A stretch of 64,000 nt of DNA from Allosphingosinicella sp. (GTDB lineage: Bacteria > Pseudomonadota > Alphaproteobacteria > Sphingomonadales > Sphingomonadaceae), in NCBI GenBank assembly GCA_035543935.1, contig DATKIV010000013.1, positions 24,412 to 88,411 on the forward strand. The letters run 5' to 3'. The position numbers and the translations under genes were made by a program. This document shows, piece by piece, positions 1-10,400 of the stretch (position 1 is its first letter; each line of letters begins with the position of its first letter). A model generated the notes under the pieces. The model ran no database searches. It worked only from the letters and a program-made list of their open reading frames with translations, and had not been told where the DNA came from.

Positions 1-243
1 TGCGAAGCGCACCGATTGAAGAGCATCCATGGAATAGACGCCGACCGCCACCATCGCGACCTGGAGCGCGGCGGCGAAGGCGAGGAGGCTCGGCAGCCGC
101 GCCACCTCGGGATCGACGTCGCCGCCCAATTGCCACAGCCGCAAGGACCAGCCCGCCTCGGCCGCGCCGGCCAGCAAGGCGAAGTCGAGCAGGCCGAGCA
201 GCAGCACGGCATAGGGGACGTAATGCTTGAAGAGGCGGATCAT
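1..243 (-). CDS. TIGR03013-like PEP-CTERM/XrtA system sugar transferase, 5' part (runs off window)
   Basis: Manual translation from ATG at 243: MIRLFKHYVPYAVLLLGLLDFALLAGAAEAGWSLRLWQLGG...; matches the N-terminus I recall for sphingomonad exopolysaccharide/PEP-CTERM sugar transferases; not in the ORF track because it is truncated. Confidence 0.75.
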   Translation of the reverse strand, partial: MIRLFKHYVPYAVLLLGLLDFALLAGAAEAGWSLRLWQLGGDVDPEVARLPSLLAFAAALQVAMVAVGVYSMDALQSVRFA

Positions 244-635
244 GCCCGCCCCCTCGGCGTCACGCGCCCCAGTGTAAACCCTTCCGACATGGGGCGCAGT
301 GTCGGATAAATTGACAAAGAAAGAGTGAAAGCGCCGCTTCGAGCGGCTTGTTGCGCCTGTTGCGAAAAGAGGAGGCGGACGGGATACTCCGCGCATTTCC
401 ACGCCCTAATGGGGGTTTTCCACGCCGTTCGTTGCGCCTCGCGGGGCAGGCCGGCGGACCGAACCAAGTTGACTCATAGCGGGCGGCCAGCTTTAAGCCT
501 TTGCGAAAGCAAGAAAGTGCAAATGAGGAAGCTGACTGGCACGACGGGGCCGGCTTCCTGAAAATCGCCAGCAACAAGGCGGGCCTGCTTTGTGACGATG
601 TCATCGCGCGGCCGCCCGCATGGGGAGCAAGCGAC

Positions 636-3600
636 GTGGTGCAATTCTATCAGCGCAAGGGCGGCGCCTCTTCAGTCAGCAACGAAACGCTCGACAATTT
701 GGCGCTGCTGCCGGACGGCTTCGCCGTCTTCGATAGGGGCGGCGCGCCGCGCGCCGACCTGACCGGCACCCCAGCCGACGATATCATCCAGGGCACCAGC
801 GGCAACGATCTGATCCAGGGCCTGGGCGGCGACGACTGGCTCTTCGGCAATGACGGCGACGACCGGCTCGAGGGGGGCGACGATGACGACGCTCTCGACG
901 CCGGGGCCGGCAGCGACCTCCTTTACGGCGGCGCGGGCAACGACAATCTGGGCGACCTGAGCGACACGCCCGGCAACGAGCAATTCTACGGCGAGGACGG
1001 TCACGACACCCTGTTCATCGAATGGAATTCGGGCACGGCCGCGCAAATTGTCCTGCTCGACGGCGGCACCGGCAACGACTTCATCGATTTCTTCGCCCCC
1101 GGCCATCTGCTCGATCAGGTCACCCTGATCGGCGGGACCGGCAATGACATCATCTCCGGCTATGGCGGCCTCAACGTGACCATCGATGCCGGCGCCGGCG
1201 CCGACAGGGTCATATTGGTCATGGAATCGACCAACTTCACGGTGACGCTGGGCGCGGACGCGGATCGGCTGCGCATCGCCACCCTGGACTCGGGCACGGT
1301 CGCGGTGACGGACTTCGCGGCGGGCAATGGCGGCGACCAGCTCGAACTGCTCACCTTGCTCGACAACGTCCTCGACGATTGGGACGAGGCGACCAACCCG
1401 TTCGCGACCGGCCATATGCGGCTCGTGCAAAGCGGCGCCGACACGCTCGTGCAGATCGACCGCGACGCCGGGGGCGCCGCGCACGGCTTCGTCAATCTGG
1501 TCACCCTGCGCAACGTCACCGCCGGGGCCCTCACCGCCTTCAACCTGGGCGGCTTTCCGTCGGACGGCTCCGTGCCGCCGGGGCAGACGATCACCGGCAC
1601 CCAGTTCGCCGATTTTCTCAGCGGCAATTTCGGCAATGACGTCATCAGCGGCCTGGCCGGCGACGACCGCATCCGCGGCCGCGCGGGCAACGACCAGATC
1701 GACGGCGGCGACGATCACGACACGCTGGACGGCGACGAGGGCGACGACGTCATCCATGGCGGCGGCGGCTTCGACCTCCTCAGCGGAGACGCCGGCGACG
1801 ACCTGCTCTACGGCGACGCCGACGAGGACAGGCTCGACGACAGCGTTTCGGGCGACGACCAATTGTTCGGCGGGGCCGGCTTCGACGATCTCGCGGTCGA
1901 TCGCTTCGACACTAGCGGCCCCGGCGACACGATCCTGATGGACGCCGGCGCCGATGGCGCCATCATGCGTTTCGCCTCGCAGCGCTACGTCGATATCGTC
2001 GGCTTTCAGGGCAGCGACGTCCATGACCGGATCACCGTCTATGGCGGCGGCACCGTCACCGTCGACGCGGGCGCCGGCGACGATGAGATCAACATCGGCA
2101 ATCTCGGCGGTGCCGTGTCGCTCACGCTGGGCGCGGGCACCGACTCGGTCTATCTGACCAACATATTGAACGGCGGTCTGGTCACCATCCAGGACTTCGG
2201 CGGCGGCCCGGCCGGCGATCGCATCTATGTCCAAGGCCTGCTCAGCCCCTATCAGCTGGTCCAGCGCGGCGCCGATACCGTCCTCCAGGTCGACCTGGAC
2301 GACAGCGGTCCAGGCGGTTTCGTCGATTATGCGCTGATCAGGAACACCCTCGCGGCCGACTTCGTCCTCAGCTCCAGCCAATATCTGTGGACGCCCGGCG
2401 ACCAGGACGACGATCCGGCGATCGCGGTGGACGACATCATTCCGGCCTTCGAAGGCGCGGTCTACAGCGGCGGCTCGCTGCTGATCAACGATTTCGATGC
2501 GGACGGGCCGGGGGTCTCGATCGCGATGGTCAACGGCTCGGCCGCCAATCTCGGCCAGCTCATCACGCTCGCCTCCGGCGCGCAGCTGCGCGTCGAGGCC
2601 AATGGCGACTGGAGCTATCACGCGCTCGGCGCCACCTTCGTTCCGATTCCGGACTTCTTCTCGGGTGCCTCGAACCTCTATTATTACGACAGCTTCACCT
2701 ACACGCTGGCGGGCGGCGGCACCGCGACCGTCACCGTCCAGGTCCAGGGCGCCGACAGCGACGACATCCTGCGCGGCACCGCCGAAGGCGACGTCCTCTT
2801 CGCCGGCATCGGCAATGACATCCTCCTGGGCGGCGCCGGCAATGACGAGCTCAACGGCGGCACCGGCAACGACACGCTGTACGGCGAGGGCGGCGGCGAC
2901 ATCGCGCGGGGCGGCACCGGCAACGATGTCTATGTCGTCGAGTCGATGGCCGACGTGACCGAGGAGGCGTCCGGCGAGGGCAATGACTCGATTATCACCT
3001 CGATCAGCTACGTGCTCTCCTCCAATCAGGAGATCGAGACGCTGTCCACCCAGACCCATGCCGGCACGGACGACCTGTTCCTCACCGGCAACCAATATAA
3101 CAACACTTTGATCGGCAATGCCGGCGACAATATCATGAACGGCGTCGACGGCGCCGACACCATGCTCGGGCTCGCCGGCGACGACACTTATGCGATCGAC
3201 AATCCCGGCGATCTGGTGGTGGACGGCTTCGGCCAGGGCAACGATCTGGTCCTCACTTACCTCAGCCACACATTGTCGAACGGCAACGAGATCGAGACGC
3301 TCTCGACGGTGTTCCACCAGGGCACGACCGCGATCAACCTTGGCGGCAACGATTACAACAACACTCTGATCGGCAATTACGGCGCCAACTATCTCAACGG
3401 CAATGGCGGCGTCGACGTCATGATCGGGCTCAACGGCAACGACACCTATGTCGCCGACAATGTTGGCGACGTGGTGCAGGAGGTTGCCGGCGGCGGCGCC
3501 GACCTCCTTTACAGCTTCGTCAGCTACACGCTGGCGGCGGGGCAGGAGGTGGAGACCATATCGACCGCCGTCCAGGGCGGCACCACCGCCATCGACCTCA

Positions 3601-4001
3601 CCGGCAACGAGTTCGCCCAGACCATCGTCGGCAATGCGGGGGCCAACATGATCGACGGCAAAAGCGGCAGCGACGTGCTCTACGGCCTTGGCGGCGCCGA
3701 CACGTTCGTGTTCACCACAGCGCTCGGCGCGGGCAATGTCGATACTCTCGCCGACTTCGTGGCGGGGACCGACAAGATCGGACTCGACGATGCAATCTTC
3801 ACCGCGATCGGCGGCACGCTCAATGCCAGCGCCTTTGTGATCGGCACCGCCGCCGGCGATGCCGACGACCGCATCATTTACAACCAGGCCACCGGCCAGC
3901 TCTTCTACGACGCCGACGGCAATGGCGGCGGCGCCGCGATCCTGTTCGCCACGCTCAGCGGCGCGCCGGTCCTCGGCGCGAGTGACTTCCAGATGATCTG
4001 A
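636..4001 (+). CDS. RTX calcium-binding type I-secreted protein 1 (RTX repeats, two internal T1SS-target-like domains, one Ig/cadherin-like domain)
   Basis: Many GGxGxDxL nonapeptides; Ig-like segment DDDPAIAVDD...YDSFTYTL...TVTVQVQG; no Sec signal; start moved to GTG 636 (GGGGAG upstream, N-terminus VVQFYQRKG parallels protein 3); ORF track opens at 501. Confidence 0.85.
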   Translation: MVQFYQRKGGASSVSNETLDNLALLPDGFAVFDRGGAPRADLTGTPADDIIQGTSGNDLIQGLGGDDWLFGNDGDDRLEGGDDDDALDAGAGSDLLYGGAGNDNLGDLSDTPGNEQFYGEDGHDTLFIEWNSGTAAQIVLLDGGTGNDFIDFFAPGHLLDQVTLIGGTGNDIISGYGGLNVTIDAGAGADRVILVMESTNFTVTLGADADRLRIATLDSGTVAVTDFAAGNGGDQLELLTLLDNVLDDWDEATNPFATGHMRLVQSGADTLVQIDRDAGGAAHGFVNLVTLRNVTAGALTAFNLGGFPSDGSVPPGQTITGTQFADFLSGNFGNDVISGLAGDDRIRGRAGNDQIDGGDDHDTLDGDEGDDVIHGGGGFDLLSGDAGDDLLYGDADEDRLDDSVSGDDQLFGGAGFDDLAVDRFDTSGPGDTILMDAGADGAIMRFASQRYVDIVGFQGSDVHDRITVYGGGTVTVDAGAGDDEINIGNLGGAVSLTLGAGTDSVYLTNILNGGLVTIQDFGGGPAGDRIYVQGLLSPYQLVQRGADTVLQVDLDDSGPGGFVDYALIRNTLAADFVLSSSQYLWTPGDQDDDPAIAVDDIIPAFEGAVYSGGSLLINDFDADGPGVSIAMVNGSAANLGQLITLASGAQLRVEANGDWSYHALGATFVPIPDFFSGASNLYYYDSFTYTLAGGGTATVTVQVQGADSDDILRGTAEGDVLFAGIGNDILLGGAGNDELNGGTGNDTLYGEGGGDIARGGTGNDVYVVESMADVTEEASGEGNDSIITSISYVLSSNQEIETLSTQTHAGTDDLFLTGNQYNNTLIGNAGDNIMNGVDGADTMLGLAGDDTYAIDNPGDLVVDGFGQGNDLVLTYLSHTLSNGNEIETLSTVFHQGTTAINLGGNDYNNTLIGNYGANYLNGNGGVDVMIGLNGNDTYVADNVGDVVQEVAGGGADLLYSFVSYTLAAGQEVETISTAVQGGTTAIDLTGNEFAQTIVGNAGANMIDGKSGSDVLYGLGGADTFVFTTALGAGNVDTLADFVAGTDKIGLDDAIFTAIGGTLNASAFVIGTAAGDADDRIIYNQATGQLFYDADGNGGGAAILFATLSGAPVLGASDFQMI
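3006..4001 (+). repeat. Shared 996-nt RTX C-terminal cassette, copy 1
   Basis: From SYVLSSNQEIETL to the stop: 996 nt, same length as copies at 6230-7225 and 10381-11376, with high visible DNA similarity. Confidence 0.9.
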
Positions 4002-4207
4002 TCCGCCGCCCCAAATGTCCGCTGGCGGTGCAAGTTACGGAAATCCGGAAGCTTTACGGCTTGTGCGTGACGTCCCCCGCACTATTATGCTGGCCGAAAA
4101 AGCCGGGGGGCATCTGGCGGTTTTGAGGCGCTTGTCCGGACGATCTCGATCGTCGCGGCCTGCCTTTCACGATCATCCGGGCCGGCCGATGGCTGAAGGA
4201 GACTGGC

Positions 4208-7200
4208 GTGGCGACCTATACGGGCGACGAAGGCAACAACATCTTTGACGGTACCGGCGACGCCGACCAGGCATCGGGGCTCGGCGGCGATGATATCCTC
4301 AACGGCCTTGGCGGCGCCGATATCCTGCAGGGCGGCGAGGGCGACGACCAGCTCGACGGCGGCGACGGCGACGACTTCCTCTATGGCGGCAACCAATTCG
4401 CCGACAATTTCCTCAATGACGACAACATCCTGAACGGCGGCGCCGGCACCGACTTCATCTATGGCGGCAACGGCAACGACGTGATGAACGGCGGCGCCGA
4501 CAATGACGTCCTCCTCGACGGCAAAGGCGGCAACAACACGGCCGACGGCGGCGACGGCAACGACCAGATCGAGTTCAGCGGGACCATTTTCGGCACGCAG
4601 GATTATTATACCAACATCGTCTTCGGCGGCGCCGGCGACGACAATCTCATCTTCCACGAATCGAACGGCAGCATGTCGGGCGGGACCGGCAACGACCGCA
4701 TCCGCGCCGAGCGCGGCACCATCACGATCGACGGCGGCGCCGACAATGACGAGATCACGATGGGCCAGGCGATCTTCCAGACCGACGGCATCCAGACCGC
4801 GACGGGCGGCAGCGGCGCGGATCTGTTCCGGGTCAGCGACGCGTCGCGCTTCGGCGCGCGCGACCGCATCCTCGATTTCAACGCGGCCGAGGGCGACCGG
4901 CTGACGCTCAACGACGTGTCGAATGGCCGCACCGGCTTCTTCTGGGGTCTTTCGGGCGCCTCGGTGGCCTGGCGGGGCGCGCTCGATCCGGCCTTGTTCG
5001 TGCTCGGCGCCGCGCTGCCGCCGGGCGATTTCGGCACCGGCTTCGTCGGCATCTGGACCACCCAGACCGGCGGCAACACCTATGTCATCGCCGATTCCAA
5101 CGGCGATCTCGTCTTCGACGCCATCGACATGGTCGTCGAGCTGGCCGGCAGCGTCGCCATCGACGCCGCCAGCTTCTCCCAGGGCGAGGTCTTCGGCGGA
5201 ACGTACGGCACCGCCGCCGCGGACACGCTCAACGGCACGTCCGAAAACGACACCATCTACGGGCTTGGCGGCGACGATGTTATGAACGGCGGCAATGGCG
5301 GCTTTGATGCGCTCTACGGCGGCGACGGCAACGACACGATCGACCTCACCTTCTCGACGCGCGGGTCCGCGAAGGGCGGTGCCGGCAACGACATCATCAC
5401 CGGCAGCAATGGCGGGCAGGGCGACTTCATCGAAGGCGAAGCCGGCGACGACGTCATCGAGGGGCTGAAGGGCGCCGATCAGCTCTCCGGCGGCGACGGC
5501 AACGACATCATTCGCGGCGGCGACGATGGCGACTTCCTCGACGGCGGCCTCGGCAACGACATATTGGAGGGCGGCTCCGGCCAAAACTCACTCGACGGCT
5601 TCCATGGCGACGACATTTTGCGCGGCGGCGAGGGCGAGGACCATCTGTTCGGCAATGTCGGCAACGACACCGTCGATTATTCGCTCATCCTGACCGGTGC
5701 CGTCACGGTGCGGCTGACGCTGGGTCAGCAGAATACCGGCGCGGGCGGCTTCGACAATATCGGGGCCGTCGAGAACGTCACCGGCACCACCGGCTTCGGC
5801 GATACGCTGGAAGGCGACGGCGGTGCCAATATCCTCAAGGGGCTGGGCGGCAGCGACACGCTGACCGGGCTCGGCGGCAGCGACCTGCTCGACGGCGGCC
5901 TGGGCGCGGACATGATGACGGGCGGCGCCGACAACGACATCTATGTCGTCGACGATCTCGGCGACCAATTGTTCGAGGACGTAAGCGGCGGCATCGACGA
6001 GGTCCGCACCTCGCTGGCCTCCTACGCGCTTGCCGCCAGCTTCGAGAATCTGACCGGCGATCAATCGTCGCAGACGCTGACCGGCAATGCGGGCGGCAAC
6101 ACGCTGATCGGCGGCGGCGGCGCGGACACCCTGTCCGGCGGTCAGGGCAATGACATCTATATCGTCAGTGGGTCGGACCTGGTTCTCGAGCTTGCGGGCG
6201 AGGGGGCTGACCTCGTCTATACGTCGGTGAGCTATGTGCTCCCTTCCAACCAGGAGATCGAGACGCTGTCGACGCAGAGTCATGCCGGAACCGACGACCT
6301 GTTCCTCACCGGCAACCAGTATAACAATAGGCTGATCGGCAATGCCGGCGACAATCTGCTCAACGGCGTTGACGGCGCCGACGTGATGTACGGCCTCGCC
6401 GGCGACGACATTTATGCGATCGACAATCTCGGCGACCTCGTCATCGACCTCGAGAACCAGGGCAACGACCTCGTCCTCACCTATCTCAGCCATACGCTGA
6501 CCAACGGCAACCAGATCGAGACTTTGTCGACGGTGTTCCACCAGGGCACGGACGCGATCAACCTCGGCGGCAACGATTACAACAACACTCTGATCGGCAA
6601 TTACGGCGCCAATTACCTCAACGGCAATGGCGGCGCCGATGTCATGATCGGGCTCAACGGCAACGACACCTATGTCGCCGACAATGCCGGGGACGCGGTG
6701 CAGGAAGCGGCGGGCGGCGGCAGCGACCTTCTCTACAGCTTCGTCAGCTATGCGCTGGCGGCGGGCCAGGAGGTCGAAGCGATCTCGACCGCGGTCCAGG
6801 GCGGCACCGCCGCGATCAACCTCACCGGCAATGAGTTCGCCCAGACCATCGTCGGCAATGCGGGGGCGAACCTCCTCGACGGCAAAGGCGGCAGCGACGT
6901 GCTGTACGGCCTTGGCGGCGCCGACACGTTCGCGTTCACCACCGCCTTGGGCGCCGGCAATGTCGACACGCTCGCCGACTTCGTGGCAGGGGCCGACAAG
7001 ATCGGACTCGACGACGCCATCTTCACCGCGATCGGCGCCAGCCTCAATGCCAGCGCCTTCGTGATCGGCACCGCCGCCGGCGATGCGGACGACCGCATCG
7101 TCTACAACAGCGCGACCGGCGCCCTCTTCTACGACGCCGACGGCAATGGCGCCGGCGCGGCGGTCCAGTTCGCGACCCTGAACCCCGGCCTGGCGCTGGC

Positions 7201-7225
7201 CGCGAGCGACTTCACGATGATCTGA
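4208..7225 (+). CDS. RTX calcium-binding type I-secreted protein 2
   Basis: GTG start after GAAGGAGA; abundant GGxGxD repeats; C-terminal DFxAGxDKIGLD...LFYDADG tail. Confidence 0.88.
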   Translation: MATYTGDEGNNIFDGTGDADQASGLGGDDILNGLGGADILQGGEGDDQLDGGDGDDFLYGGNQFADNFLNDDNILNGGAGTDFIYGGNGNDVMNGGADNDVLLDGKGGNNTADGGDGNDQIEFSGTIFGTQDYYTNIVFGGAGDDNLIFHESNGSMSGGTGNDRIRAERGTITIDGGADNDEITMGQAIFQTDGIQTATGGSGADLFRVSDASRFGARDRILDFNAAEGDRLTLNDVSNGRTGFFWGLSGASVAWRGALDPALFVLGAALPPGDFGTGFVGIWTTQTGGNTYVIADSNGDLVFDAIDMVVELAGSVAIDAASFSQGEVFGGTYGTAAADTLNGTSENDTIYGLGGDDVMNGGNGGFDALYGGDGNDTIDLTFSTRGSAKGGAGNDIITGSNGGQGDFIEGEAGDDVIEGLKGADQLSGGDGNDIIRGGDDGDFLDGGLGNDILEGGSGQNSLDGFHGDDILRGGEGEDHLFGNVGNDTVDYSLILTGAVTVRLTLGQQNTGAGGFDNIGAVENVTGTTGFGDTLEGDGGANILKGLGGSDTLTGLGGSDLLDGGLGADMMTGGADNDIYVVDDLGDQLFEDVSGGIDEVRTSLASYALAASFENLTGDQSSQTLTGNAGGNTLIGGGGADTLSGGQGNDIYIVSGSDLVLELAGEGADLVYTSVSYVLPSNQEIETLSTQSHAGTDDLFLTGNQYNNRLIGNAGDNLLNGVDGADVMYGLAGDDIYAIDNLGDLVIDLENQGNDLVLTYLSHTLTNGNQIETLSTVFHQGTDAINLGGNDYNNTLIGNYGANYLNGNGGADVMIGLNGNDTYVADNAGDAVQEAAGGGSDLLYSFVSYALAAGQEVEAISTAVQGGTAAINLTGNEFAQTIVGNAGANLLDGKGGSDVLYGLGGADTFAFTTALGAGNVDTLADFVAGADKIGLDDAIFTAIGASLNASAFVIGTAAGDADDRIVYNSATGALFYDADGNGAGAAVQFATLNPGLALAASDFTMI
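6230..7225 (+). repeat. Shared 996-nt RTX C-terminal cassette, copy 2
   Basis: SYVLPSNQEIETL to stop, 996 nt. Confidence 0.9.
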
Positions 7226-7434
7226 AAAAGAGGGATGGGCCCTGTCCCCCCGGCTGAAAAAGCAAGTTGACGGGTCGGGGCGGGGAAGATTAAGTCTTTG
7301 CATAACAACAAAAAGGCGAGGCTCCCGCTTGTTCGGCCAACGGGTCGGGACCCACATCCTGAACATTGCGAGTAATGAACCCGGGCCGGGGCGTGGTAAT
7401 CGCGCCGTGCCGGTCCGTATGCGGGGGAAATGAC

Positions 7435-10400
7435 ATGGTGCAGCTCTACAAGCGCAAGGGCGACGACATTCTCGTCAACACGGCGACGATCGGCAATCAG
7501 TCCGGCTCCAATATCGCCTTGCTGCCCGGGGGCGGCTTCGTCATCGTATGGACCGACGCCAGCCTGGTCGGCGGCGATACGAGCGGCCTTGCCGTCAAGG
7601 GCCAGCGCTTCGACGCCGACGGCCATAAGGTCGGCGGCGAATTCCTGGTCAACAGCACGGTGACCGGCAGCCAGACCAACCCCATCGTCGCCGCCTTGGC
7701 CTCGGGCCGCTTCGTCGTCACCTGGTCCGACGGCAGCGTCACCGGCGGCGACACCAGCAGCATTGCCGTCCGCGGCCAGATCTTCGAGGCGAACGGAACC
7801 CCGGTTGGGGCCGAGTTCCTGATCAACACCCAGACCGCCAACGCCCAGACCGGGCCGGGGATCGTCGAGCTTGCCGGGGGCGGCTTCGTGGTCAGCTGGA
7901 CGGATTCGAGCCTGATCGGCGGCGATGCCAGCGGCTCCGGCATCAAGGCGCAGATTTTCGACGCGGCCGGCGCCAAGGTCGGCGGCGAGATCCTGGTCAA
8001 TACGGAGACGTCGGGCAGCCAGACCACCTCCAGCCTCATCGCCCTGGCCTCGGGCGGCTTCGCTGCGGCCTGGACCGGCGCGATCACCGCCAGCGGCGGC
8101 GGCGTTTTCGGGTCGGTCAGGGTTCAGCTGTTCGACGCGGCCGGCGCCAAGCTGGGCACGGAGCAGATCGTCAACGCCAACAATGAAGGCAATTTCAACA
8201 GCACCATGATCAGCGCGCTGGGCTCCGGCTTCATCGTCACCTGGGCGCAGCAGGATTCGGTCTTCGGCGTCGGCATTCCGGTCACCTTCGACGTCCACGC
8301 GCAATTGTTCGACGCCGCCGGCGCCAAGGTCGGCGGCGAATTCGTCGTCAACACCACCACCCAGGGCAGCCAGTCGGGCGCCGATGTCGACGCGCTGCCG
8401 GGCGGCGGCTTCCTCGTCACCTGGCAGGGCCCCGGCACCGGCACGTCGCTCTTCAACATTTTCGGCCAGGTCTTCGACAATGCCGGCGCCAAGGTCGGCG
8501 CCGAGTTCGTCGTCACCAGCGTCACCAGCGGCAACCAGCTCGGGCCCCGGGTGGACGTCCTGCCCTCCGGCGACATCGTCATCGTCTGGACCGACAATAA
8601 CACCACCGGCCCCGATCAGTCCGGCAGCGCGATCAAGATGCAGATCCTGACCCTGACGACCGACGCGCCGACCGACATCGGGCTCTCCAGCACGTCGATC
8701 AGCGAGACGGCGCGCGAGGACGTGCCGCTGGTCAAGCTGAGCGCCACCGGCGCGCTCAATTCGACCTTCACCTATGTGATCGTCTCCGATTCCACCGGCG
8801 GCGCCTTCGCGATCGAAGGCGACAGCCTCGTCGTCGCCGACAATTCGCTGCTCGATTTCGAAGGCGATGCCCAGGTCGAGGTCCGGATCCGCGTCACCGA
8901 CCTCAACGGCAACAGCTATGAGGAGACCATCCAGCTCGACATCGCCGACACGCCCGAAGGCGGCTATGCCGCTCCGGCCGGCGAAATCCTGCTCAACACG
9001 ACGACCGCGGGCGATCAGGTGGAGCCGATCGTGACGGCGCTTTCCTCGGGCGGCTTCCTCGCCACCTGGAAGACGGTGCCGACCAGCGGCCTGCTCCTCA
9101 CCACGGGGCAGATCTTCGACGCCGCCGGCGTCAAGGTCGGCGGCGAGCTGTCGCTGAGCGACACCTATTCAGTGGCGGGGCTGCCCGGCGGCGGCTTCAT
9201 CACCGCCGGCGAGGGGACGGACGCCGATGGCGGCGGCGTCTTCGTGCAATTCCACGATGCCGCCGGCGCTCCGGTGGGTGTCCCGATCCCGGTCAACACG
9301 CAGACCGCCGGCAACCAATATGAGCCGTCGATCACGATGCTGGCCTCGGGCGGCTTCGTCGTCACCTGGACGCATTTCACGATCAGCACCTTCACCTCCG
9401 TCGTGCAGGCCCAGATCTTCGACGCCGCCGGCGTCAAGGTCGGCGCCGAGCTCCAGGTTCCGTCCATTACCTCGGGCGGCGGGGCCGAAGTGGTCGCGCT
9501 TGCGGACGGCGGCTTCGTGGTCAGCTGGACCGACGGCTCCGTCCAGGCCCAGATCTACACCGCGCTGGGCGGGCGCTACGGGCCCCAGATCACCGTCGCC
9601 GAATTTCCCAATGTCGAGCCGCACATCACCGCGCTCGCCGACGGCGGCTTCGTCGTCACTTATGCGCGCAACATTTCCAGCGGCGGCTTCACCGGCATCG
9701 ATCGGCTCACCGCGCAGATTTTCGATGCCGAGGGCAATCGGGTCGGCGATCCCATCTTGATCTCGGTCGACGGGCCCGCACAGGTCGCTTCGACCTCGGT
9801 CGCGGCGCTGCCCTGGGGCGGCTTCGTCGTCTCCTGGGCGGATTTCGGCGACGCGCCCGGCAATCCGGATTCCGACGTCGGTATCCGGGCGCAGGTGTTC
9901 GACGCGACCGGCGCTACGGTCGGCGGGCAGCAGGTCGTCAATATCGAGGGGGCCTTCTATCAGATCCAGTCCTCGGTGACCGTGCTCGAGTCGGGCGATT
10001 TCGTGATCGCCTGGTACGATTCGAGCCAGGTCGGCGGCGATGCCAGCGGCTCCGGCATCAAGGCGCGGATCTTCTCGGTCGAGGAAGTCTCCGGCCCCAC
10101 CGAAGGCCCCGATTTCCTCAACGGCACGTCCGGCAGCGACGTCATCGATGCCCTGGGCGGCAATGACGTCGTCAACGGGCTGGGGGGCAACGACATCCTC
10201 CTGGGCGGCTCCGGCGACGACGAGCTCAACGGCGGCGAAGGCAATGATACGCTGTACGGCGAGGGCGGCGCCGACATCGCGCGCGGCGGCGCGGGCGACG
10301 ACGTCTATATCGTCGATTCGATGGCCGACGTGACCGAGGAGGCGGCCGGGGCGGGCAATGACACGATCGTCACCACGCTCAGCTACATCCTCTCGTCCAA

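Noticed and set aside
537-552. Sigma-54 promoter (TGGCACG) upstream of RTX1
   Set aside because: The -12 TTGC element is absent at the required spacing.
672-3317. Long antisense ORFs (also 4085-5584, 9169-10692, 16816-21747, 29920-32415, 48853-51999, 57730-60681)
   Set aside because: Shadow frames opposite well-supported genes; expected from high-GC codon bias; no recognisable motifs.
7226-7434. c-di-GMP or other riboswitch in long leaders of RTX, pilus or PilZ genes
   Set aside because: No recognisable conserved riboswitch core by eye; an Infernal/Rfam scan would be needed.
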